Part shown: in pieces, positions 50,933 to 61,700 of the stretch
Layout of the letters: every line of letters starts with the position of its first letter
Numbering within the stretch: position 1 is the first letter of the stretch
Source: Catajapyx aquilonaris
Lineage: Eukaryota
Direction: 5' to 3'
NCBI GenBank assembly: GCA_000934665.2
Contig: KZ538234.1
Coordinates: 1 to 64,000 of the forward strand
DNA: 64,000 nucleotides
Made by a program: the position numbers and the translations under genes
Notes under the pieces: generated by a model
Seen by the model: the letters and a program-made list of their open reading frames with translations, nothing else
Told to the model about the DNA's origin: nothing
The model's database searches: none

Positions 50933-53204
50933 ACTCATTTAATGGGCGCGGACACGCAACGGCCGACGGGATAATTAACCTTTCGTCTTTTTCGCGTGAA
51001 GAGTCTGCAGACTCAAAATCACCATGTGGCCAGTTTTCTTCTGTCCTCCTTTTTGCCCAGAGAAACAATTTTTTTTACCCTCCCGCTGCGGTTCATAACA
51101 AGGGTGCAGATAAATGAGCAAGAGCCATACATTTTAATTCACTTTCCCCATTTGCGGTATTGAATCCCATGATTTTTCTTCTTCTTTTTTGTCCTCGGCG
51201 AGAGGATCTCGAAGGGGCGAGATTTATGTGAGTGTCACAAAAGTCCGCACAAAGGAGGTTTAGGGGACGGAAATGAGGACCTTCAGCAATTCTCGGCATT
51301 CCAAGTCCAGCATTCCTGGATTTTTGCACCAGACTAAGAATGTCCGCTTGCTTTTGAAGGAGCCGCCAAAGTTGGGGTCAAAAAAAAATATCTTGAATCT
51401 TTCCATCTTATATATTTTATTCATTTTACTTGTGTTTTGGAGACAAATCCCGACCAGTTTGTCATTGCATTTCAACTGTCTCGACTCCAAATACTGTATG
51501 TCGAGTTGTGACGACCTTCCCATCAGACCGATTATGCTGTGGAGGGATGGTAATAATAGGTGAGGGGAGAGGTGGAGCAGAACTGGAACATCACGACCTG
51601 ATGTCAGCGATTTTTAATGCATGCAATTCTCTCCTTTTGTTCATCTCGCATTTCATTAGATTATATTCACGTGACTAAGTGTTAAAGCGTGAGTCAGCCA
51701 AAAATTATTCACAGGACTTTGCGAGTGATCTACTTCTGCCATTACTATGAATACCAATGCATTCCTTAGCACCTTTACAAGTGCACAACAGCATGTTTTA
51801 GTTGATTTAAAATATTGGCAGTTGCAAATATTTCTGATCTACAGTAAGCCATAATTGTGCGATAACCAGTAACCGTTTTAGATGGCAGGGTTTATTAAAT
51901 TACTTGTTATTACCGTCAGACTTATCCATAATTATGTGACCATTGTGACCCTATACTCATATTCTACATTTCACGACAGTATATACAGGTTTCACTGACA
52001 TCATTTCTTTGACGATTAATCATAGCACTCTGAAGGTTCATTCGATTGCCATGGCAAATACGACATAAATGAGAAAAAATAGCCGATGGCAACGTGAGAC
52101 AGCTTCAAACAAGGCAGTGTCATTCTTTTCGTAATTAATGAGAAGTGTTCCGCGGCAAAAATATACTTTCGTGCACGCAAGGGAATATAAATTAACGCAT
52201 CATTATTCAAAGTTTCTATTTTGCAAATTATTCCGATGACAGAAATGGTGATAACGTCACAAACTGAACGGATATGCTGAGCCGCCTAACATGTCACTGA
52301 AAATAACAACTAAATTCATAACGTAATAATAAATGATGCTGTAATTTGGTAATACCTAATGTAAATCACAAACATACTTTTACACTAAAGGTCGTCTGAG
52401 ATGCCACTATGCGATGGTTAAAACAAATGTGTATTACGCTAACATAAGATGTGCCCGACTATTCTATTCATAGCATGTTACTAAACGAATGCTAATTCAT
52501 AGGTTTAAAAGACTCCCGAGATGCTTTTACAACGTGGACTTTACTCATTCCGAAAGTACATACTGCTTGTGGATAAACCTTTTCACAACTTCAGGAACTT
52601 ACGCGTTTGATGTGCCTGGCTCAAGAACGCATGAGATAAAATAAGCACGTTACTGTAATGCTGGAAGTATAATATTCTGGTTTACATTCATTATGTGGCC
52701 AATTTAATTATTTATTTATTTTGTAATATTGCTCAAGCCGTTATTAACAGGGATAGTCTCATACCAAAACCATTGGCATTTAATTACGTACCTAAAATAA
52801 ATCGTAATTTGATCACACTACAGTTGGCATGTAACTTATAAAGTGGAACAGAAAAAAGCCACAAATATTTACAGCGTCAGCCTTAATTATAATATTACTT
52901 ATTAGTACATGTAACTGTAAATTAATAACTTACTGTAGTTGAATTCTATAAAGTATAAACCATCAAAAGTATGCATGAGTAAAATGACATTTTTCTGTCT
53001 GGAATCTGGCAAGTCATGAAATAATAATATTTGGCATTGTCAATAAAAATATTGTTTTCATGTTAGTAAGGATTACAACATTGCAGAACGGTGGTTTTCA
53101 ACCTCTTCGTTTTTGCAAGGCATTTTTGTTTCCTGCAAACAATGACTATAATGTCTTGTGACACCATTCTTTCATACTTATGATAATTTCATAGTATTCT
53201 ACAT

Positions 53205-53466
53205 CTTGTTTAACGGCACCTCCCACCCATCCCCTTATTTGAATGACACCATACTCTGGATTACCCACCACTATAATGAGGGCTATGAGATGCTCCGACA
53301 GTCGCGGAATTGTCATGTGCCATGCATTTGACACAAGGTACTTCAGAAATTATCATGACAACCCCGCATCTCTCGTAGCATCTTATGGTCCTCATTATTG
53401 TGGTGGGTAATCCGGAGTATAGGGTGGCATTCAAATAAGGCGGTGGGTGGGTGCCAGTGAGACAGG
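53205..53466. repeat. long imperfect inverted repeat (~100-bp arms, ~36-nt loop); foldback/MITE-like or hairpin RNA
   Basis: 53215-53317 is the reverse complement of 53354-53455, e.g. CCTTATTTGAATG / CATTCAAATAAGG and GGATTACCCACCAC / GTGGTGGGTAATCC; pairing extends weakly to 53205/53466. Confidence 0.9.
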
Positions 53467-56400
53467 TCAGGTGTGAAACAGTGATATTAATTGATACGAT
53501 ATTATCCTGGCTTCCATGTTAAATTGAGTTTGTACACAGCGAGCTGTTCATATTATTCAAATACCACATGCTTGCTGTAACCGATGATAAAATTTAAAAA
53601 TGGCAGACTTGTCCAGAATTAATTATCATCTGTTACCGTCTATTTTCATGTCACTGTTGTGTTTCTCGTCAATCAAATGTGACACAAGTTGACAATCTAT
53701 CCTGCAGTGGAGTATCAACTAATTAGCCTCAGATTGGTACAAGACGCATGGACACGACAGCTAATCAGAACTAGAGTTCGTTACTGTAATAAGGGCTTGT
53801 TGAACCTTCCGGTTGATAACCCACATAACAATTTTAATGATTTTCCAGACCAGACTCATTTTGAGACCATATTATCTATTACGATAACTGTGCATGTTAT
53901 GTAAAACGCTGGAGTGGATGGATAATGGTTGAGAATTGCAATACACCGAGAGCAGAAATGTAGCTCATTCACATGACTGACGGAAGGCATCCAATTATGT
54001 CTTGATCCTAACATGAATATTATAGGTTTTATCACATACCAATGAGCCCCAGGTTGGGGTCGGAAAGGTTTTTCCGAGTTGTCGTCGGGCGACTACGTAC
54101 GTCGGGCGAAGTGGTATGATACCATTTACGTATTGACGTATTTTACCAACGAAGGCAATCAACACATCTCGTGGAAGTTGTTTCGTCCATTTCTATCCGT
54201 CACTTATAATTATTTTTCCACAGGCATTTAGGAACATCGACGTCGGAGAAGGCTGTGCCGAACAAAAAGGTATAATATACGGTATATACAACTAAACATT
54301 TACCACACCAGATGTGTGCCTCTCAAACAAGTGCAGTAAATAAGTAAATAACTAAACAGTGATGACTAGTGGAGGAGTTCAACACTGTTCTGCTATAGTG
54401 GCGGTCTCCACTGAATGAATTACCACCCTCACAAAGATGTTACATGCAGACAAATGACACCCTAAGGCAAGTTTCGCTGAAGTACCTGTATATGCTGCTC
54501 ATCAGCATTTGTTGCTACAGTGTCAGCGAGTACGACTTCCTGTGAATTCATTTCAAAAAGGAAGTTGTGTGGGTTCATATGAACCTATACGCACGTCTCA
54601 CACACGACATATAAACCTGTATAGGCCTACTCTTGAAACCTAAATATCAAAAATACGTTTTCCTTAAAATAATCTGATTTGTGGATATTCACATCACCGC
54701 ACCCATCACAGATTGGTAGCAAGTATCACGAGAGAAAACCCTCCCAAAATGGGCCATTCATATCCTTCTCGGGGTCAGAAAATTTCAAACTGGATCCTGA
54801 AAAAGTGGCCTAACATCGAGGTGAGAGAGATATATTGTAGATTAGCAACAGGAAGGTCGCCGCCACCACCTAGACAGAAAAAGTTACCCACAAAAGGTAT
54901 AGGCATGAGAGGAAAGGTGTCGTTCCTTCGTGAAATTTTTCAATGTTCGCGTTTTTGAACTCTTTTACTGATTCGCTAAAAGCTATTTAGCAAGACTCAT
55001 TTCACCTTCCTTTGATGGTCCGCACATTGCCTAATCTCCAATTAATCTGCAAATTATTACTCTCTTGCATCATTATACATTCTTTTCTTAGCGAAACCTA
55101 TTCTTCCTCTCGCTTGTTATTTTTCTGCGCAAGAGATTTTTTTGGCCCCTTGATTTATTAGTCACTTCCTTAGAATTTGACATCTGATCAAGGTTATCGT
55201 GGAGAAACAAAGAGTAATTCTGAATTTACAGGCGTGATACACGCTTCAGTGCAATTACCAATAATGAAGTTATACTATATACTGCAAAATTACACGTACA
55301 TTAAAGGCTCTCGTTAGTTTTTAAAAGGACGTTTCCAGTAACACGTCATATATGAACGATGACTACAGAAACGTGGAAAATTAATGAACTATTTTGAAAG
55401 ATACCTGAAAAAATTAACATGAAATCTAGCTAGTATTTCCCTATTCTCTCTCTGCGTAGGGGTATAGCCCAAACTCTTCTAATGATACGTTCTTTGTGAT
55501 AACATCGCCACATTCACAGTCTCTCCTTTCCAGTATAATACACAGGTAATCCTTGTTTTATTCACTTTCCATCCCATTAACTCCTGAATATATCATGATT
55601 AAACCAGCCTATTGATATTGTACTTTATTCATGACATGAGTTAGATTATTCAGCTTAGAACTGAAAATGACAGTACAAAAATGAGCCAACCTGCCAATTA
55701 AAGTACTTTTCTCCTCTCACATTTAATTTATAGACGTGATTTCCCACTTATCCCATAATCGAAAAACCCGCACCATTCCAAAACACGTCAGCTGATAAAA
55801 ATATTCAAATGAAGCGAAAATATATGAGCTTTGTTTTCCCAGTCCTACTGTTTTATCTGAGGCTTTGGAACTACTTGAACTCTGCAAAGTGCCCCATTAA
55901 ATCCACCACAAATCAGGGTTCGCGATTGGCCCATGACGTGCGCGACGTGCCCCAATGGAAATTAGGACCCTAGAAAATAGGTCCAGACTTGCAAGTGCCC
56001 ACCTCAGGATTTAATGTATAATAAAACACGGTAGCCAAAAATTAATGGTCTTTAAATGCCAACCAGAATGACTTCTTCCGAGGGATAATTTATGTGGGAC
56101 AAACCCTCCTCAAGTCCCAGAAAAAATAAACTAATGGCACATAAAATATGGTATATCTCTCAGTCATGAATACATTGCCTATAATCCTACGCAACAATCC
56201 GTCTAGTTCAAGAACAATATGACTGTATTTTATGAGCATGTTGTACCTATACGTTTGTATTAGCATGATTGTAGATCAAAATTTATCTGATTGGTCGATT
56301 GACAGATATTGACCTGTTGCTCGGTGCACCTTATCGTATCTTATGAATTTCGCTCTCGTTAATGCTTTTGATATTTAATGAGATTTAACGGAACTATTTT

Positions 56401-57560
56401 GGATGGCGCAAAAAAAGGTTTGAACGACGAAGAAGGGATGGGGGGAGATGGGGGGAAGGGGGAGTATAGGTGGGGGAGAAAGAAAAGGTTTGAAGAGCAT
56501 TCTGGGCTGCCGGAGAGCCTTCAGGAGCCATAAAAGAAGAGCAGAGGGTTCCCATGGGATACTCAGCACCATCTCTTCTTTCCTTTCACTTTTTATCACT
56601 CCATTACTACGCGGGATTTATTGCCGCCTTCTGATTACAAACCTGCAATCAAGACTAATGTCGCCTAACATCCCTGTGCAACTGTTTACCCTTTGGAAAC
56701 GGTCCTCGATCATATGCACTTCTAATGTAGTTCCTTTTCCACTATTTATCAGAGATCTGACAAAAGTGCATAGAAACGTCACTTTAGTGCAAGCAGTTAT
56801 TAATTTAACTACACCGGCTGGAGTAATGTAAACAGAGCCTTCCGGCACGCCACCATGACTGTCAGTCATATTTCTGCATGCGAGAGGAAGACAGCCGATG
56901 ACAGACACATGCGGATGATTATTCAGATGTGTACGTACAGGGTATTGAACTTATAGATGTGATATCAATCAAAAAATGTTTAACATTCAAATATTTGGAC
57001 GACGAAGACGCAGAATCATGACATAGAAAATACCGGCAAGGTACGTGCTAATATTTCTTACGTCACAACACAATATTATCCCACTTAATTTAATATCAGT
57101 AATTGGGCATAGGGTCTGCCATGAGGTAAACTGCAAAGACCCAGTAATGCACCAGTGTCTCCTTCGTATCCAACCCGAAAAAGGTTCCCCATCCGGCCAT
57201 CCCCGGTTCCCTTTTTCCGGGGACTGCTCATCTGTAAGGACCCAACCCCCTAGATGCCTTTTGGTAAAAAAGGACAAAAGCTTTGGCCCCAAACCCACCT
57301 GTCTATGGTACCAACATGGCTGCCTGCAAGCACCAAAAACCACGTTGATGTTGTACTTCTAGTGGTGTAAACCAAAGGTAATTTCCGGACCACTCCTTCT
57401 GGTTTGGCTCAATGGCGGTCTAGTTAGGGGGGAAGAGGGGGTGGGAGGAGAGAGGGGGATGGGGGTAAGGAGGGGGTGTGGAAACCAGAACTAGTTGGTT
57501 CACTCAAAAGGGCGGCAATTAGGAAAAAGGGTGAAAAAAATTGGGTGACATGAGACTTAC

Positions 57561-57688
57561 CGGGTGTGCAGTGAGTCCAGACACAGATTGGATGCGTAGC
57601 GCGCGTGTAAGATCACATGTGATAGTCTGTGACTGTCTAGTGGGCCGTTTGGGGGCCGACTGAGAGAGAGGCTGCCGGCTTCTTCCAT
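57561..57688 (-). other. grh: candidate upstream/first exon of grh: either coding (MEEAGSLSLSRPPNGPLDSHRLSHVILHARYASNLCLDSLHT-R) or non-coding from a TSS at about 57661
   Basis: Strong donor CCG|GTAAGT at 57561/57560; ATG at 57688 in GCGATGG context, open to the donor in phase 2 matching the 42251 acceptor; in-frame stop upstream; locally GC-rich. Confidence 0.5.
57630..57670 (-). promoter_or_regulatory. candidate Inr+DPE core promoter with adjacent GAGA repeat
   Basis: Minus strand CTCTCTC-TCAGTC (Inr, A+1 = 57661) and AGTCA (RGWYV) at exactly +28..+32 (57634-57630). Confidence 0.45.
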
Positions 57689-58548
57689 CGCAGCCACCCG
57701 GCCCGACCAGCAGCAGGCAGACCCTATACCTACCTACCAGGGCCCTCCAGAGACCAGCGACACCTGCGACCAACCTCAGAAGCAGCTCCTCAGCATCCCC
57801 ACCAGCAGACCATGGGATCGGCCTCATCAGACCTCATTCATTCAACACTCGGCATTTTATACCATGCGAAATATTAGCAGTGGTCGGAGTTACCACTGAT
57901 GGTACAACCATTTTTGGAAGGCCATATAGAGTTTCCCGATGTAAAATCACTAATAAAAATACGTATTTGTAGCAAATTCGTAATTGTCACAAATTTATTC
58001 CATAAATGAATATCGAACTGCTGATATAATTATGATGAGGTGGGTCCAGTGCCCACGCTTTTAGCATTGTGTTTGCTTTCCTGGTTCGTGAAACCCTGTT
58101 GGTTCAGTTGGTGGTAATGGTTCTGGGGAGGTCGGGAGGGTAGGGTATGGTCACTCTCTTTCAGGGCATTTGTTTCTCAGGCACACACTCCTCAAAGAGG
58201 ACATTAGGTGTTTGTCAGTGTCACTGAGAGGGATTTCCCATCCCATTAACCATTCCTTGATTGAAAAAAAAACTAAAACAAATATTCTTTGCTGATAGTG
58301 AGAATAAGCTTGTGAGGAGGCAATGATAAATCTGTTAGAACTCTCCCTTTTAAAAAATGGATTTCAGCTTATGGGACACCTTGCATATTCTGATTTCTTA
58401 AACGTTGAGGTTATTTCTGTGTTTTATTGCATTGCATTTTGTGGGTTTTCAATTGTGCGAGTGCCACGACTATACCCTATAGTTTTAACGAGAAGGTCGT
58501 AATGAATGGATGGATTGATTGATTGAGTGAATATTGTGGGAAAAGTCA

Positions 58549-58735
58549 GGGCGGCTCCGTGGTGTAATGCCTGAGGTTCAAAGTTCGATTCGCTGGTCGG
58601 ACATAATATTTTCTCGTGGGGTTTTTGATATATTCTTTCCGTCCTTGCGTGGATTTTTAGGGGTTCTCCCGTTTCCCCACTGCAAACAAAATCCATCATT
58701 GCCACCACAGTCAATGATTCCAAGTCAGTATACAT
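58549..58735 (+). mobile_element. degenerate tRNA-derived SINE with V-domain-like core
   Basis: Pol III A-box-like TGGTGTAATG (58560-58569) and B-box-like GTTCGATTC (58583-58591), then TTCTTTCCGTCCTTGCGTGGATTTTTAGGGGTTCTCCCGTTTCCCCAC, resembling the V-SINE central domain as I recall it; 3' boundary approximate. Confidence 0.65.
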
Positions 58736-61700
58736 AATCGCACAAACCTACATTACGGTATGTTATTTTCACCAAGGTAATTGGGTCAGCACTTGCGCGG
58801 TCTCAAGAGTACACCAGTCCCAAATCGTCACCCAAGAGACAGCCTAACGTCAGATTAGCCGGGAAAAACTATTCTGACTTGATATGTACAGGTAAAGGCC
58901 TAGATATAAGCAGCTCATACCTTATATGACTCGGAGAACCGCGTGAATAGCACGCACCTAGGCGGTGAATCCTAGGTGAATATTCGGTAAACCATAAGTA
59001 AATTCTGACGAATCTTTTTATGGCGGAGGCAGGATCCTACACTATGCTGCTGAGTTACGGGGTGAAAATCGGCGCCATACCGCCTCACTGTGAAGCTTTT
59101 ATTTCATTACGTTCATAACATTCAATTTGATTTTGTTCCTACATTGAAAATATTTGTCTAATTATTGCGTTGGTGCAAAATCCATCAGTTTACCTGGGGG
59201 TGAAATGTGTTATCATAACACATTTTATGTTAGGAATGCAAATGTTATGGTTCGTAAGAGTTTACCACTGCCGAGCAGTTTATGGTTACACAACATTGTA
59301 ACTAGAAAGGAAGTGAAGGCATAGCCCAAAATACTTGTACAACACGGTATGCAACATATCCGTAGAGAGGGATATTGAAGTGTTCCTAAAGATACGCACT
59401 TGCTGTCGCACATGATGGGTTCCAAGAGGAAATAAATAACGTCAGTTGATTTTGGAGATTTCTATTCCATTACGAAGATAATGGCATGTTAATAAATTAA
59501 GTTTCTACCCACACGTTGGCAATACTTAAGCTGTGTCTCGTACTAATACAGCATCAATTTTCCGCTTCACCCAAGAATATTATCGTGCCTGACTGACCAA
59601 AAAAATCATGACAATTTCCCCTTTAGGAATAGTTTCCGTTGTGCCCAACAAATTCGCACAAATGCATCTAAATCCTGATTGACGCAGGCAGTACAATATA
59701 TCGAGGGCCGATTTCACTTGTGTAGCAGACTAACTTGTATTATTTTGTTGTTTACTATCAGTACTTCTTACGGTCAGTGACGTGTCCTCAACGGGTATAT
59801 TAGCGCTTCAGATGCAGACAAAAATAGATTCCGTGGAAAGAAAACAGGCACTTATCACTAAAAAAAATCATAAACAATTTCCTATAACGACCAAATTGTA
59901 TTGCAACAGAAATCTAGTGATGAGAAATACTAACGTGCAAAGAATTTTATTTCCCAGCAGTCGTCACAGAAAAGTTTCGCAAAAAATGAGACGATACGGC
60001 ATTTCGCAATGTAAGGGTAAACAACTAATAACCTTGCATGCGCCACAATTTGTTAAGGTAGGTCACGTACAATCTCGTGGAAAAAAAATAATACAATATA
60101 GCATTACCAGTTGGTATTACGCAGAATCGCAGATGCTTTGTATGCTGGGTAATTTTTAAGGCAGAAGACAGCTAGATACGCATCAGAATATTTCAGAAAC
60201 TCGCACCTAGATGAGTGCAGAGTGAAAAACGTGACGCAATCTAACCAGGTATAAAGAGTTAGATCCTTGTCCCATGAAACATAATACTACTTTCCACGGT
60301 TAAGTGATGCCCGCGTGATAAACGGATCCAATCATTTTGAATATTCTCCTCCGAAGACAGCTTTTTACCTATCGGTGCATTAAATCAAAGGTAACGTACC
60401 AAGGTGTCACAAGGTATCAGACGTACAGCCTGTGGAAAAACAACAGTTGCCGGTTAACGATCAAAAAGGCCTAATAAAACAAGTTCCCTCCCCCTACCAC
60501 CACCCCCCTCCAAATCTAGTAGATTGGAAAGGAGAAAAGATTTATTGTCCATAACGTTTCATTGCAAGACAAGCCGGAAGTTTTCCTAGAGACATATTCC
60601 GAGGTTTACGTATCTCACGTTTCTTTTTTTTTCCATACCAATCTATCTCTCCAACCCCATTTCCTACCCATGCGTTCGCTTATTTGGTGTAGCCGAGAAA
60701 GCCGAGGTGATTGGGAGGGACTTATGCATGCATCCCATGGCATGCAAATGAGCAGCGGCCTCGCCCAAAAGTAATGCGTTGAATGGAGGCGATTGCCGCC
60801 TCATAAAAGTATTGGAGATAGATTGCGACAGGCCGGTAGCACAGATGACTATCGCCTAGATATAAAACGATCATGACAAAGGCTCATTTGGTGGAAAACG
60901 CATTTCCCCCCATCCAAACATTACAAGGCGGGCCAACACACCTTATCTCAAGAGGGCAGGCTACACTTAAGAGGTGCTGTGCAAAATGTTGTAAAGTGAA
61001 CGACATTAAATTGAATTGGAAATAATAATACAGCCACAGTTTGATATCAAGCCGTAAATGCGGGTGTCGAGCTGGCTAATCCGTATGAGTATTTTTCCCG
61101 CCCAAAAGAGGCTTAATTATGGTGTAAGTCGGTTGGATGCGCCCAGTTGCTGCGATTTTCAAGCGGATAAAAGTGCGATTAGTCGCTTCCACGCCCGCTT
61201 TCCCAACCAATTTAACAGCGTTTTAGCAAAGAGCTAAACCGTCTTAAAAATGTATCCTGATGTAATAAAAAACTAGCTGATAGTTTTGGGCCATCGCATA
61301 ATTTTGTGCCTTTCATAATTGAGCATATTAGTCACTTTTATGTCAAACATATGCCCCTATTATAAGACCCACGCAATTGAGGATGCTGCATACAAATGGT
61401 CGCCTGCACCACAAACGACTATATTACTAGGTCGCCATAAATCCTTCCCCAACATTTTAATAATCAGGAAGAGCCCCTGCTTTTTGAGTGATTTAATCCC
61501 CAGTAATAAGCAGGTAGATTGATGAATTTTTAATGAGAAAGAGCAAGAAAACTGGTTTAGTGGTTTAGGTGCAATGATGAACTGGCGCGGGTTATAGAGC
61601 CGACGACGCGACGGTGCGCCTGCGTAAAAAGGTACAAAAATGTCATATTTTATATTAACTTTTCTGACGCCAAATATGAAAACCAACTACACGTCATGCT

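Noticed and set aside
12287..61517. Zelda-type CAGGTAG sites (about six)
   Set aside because: Number is about what chance predicts for 64 kb
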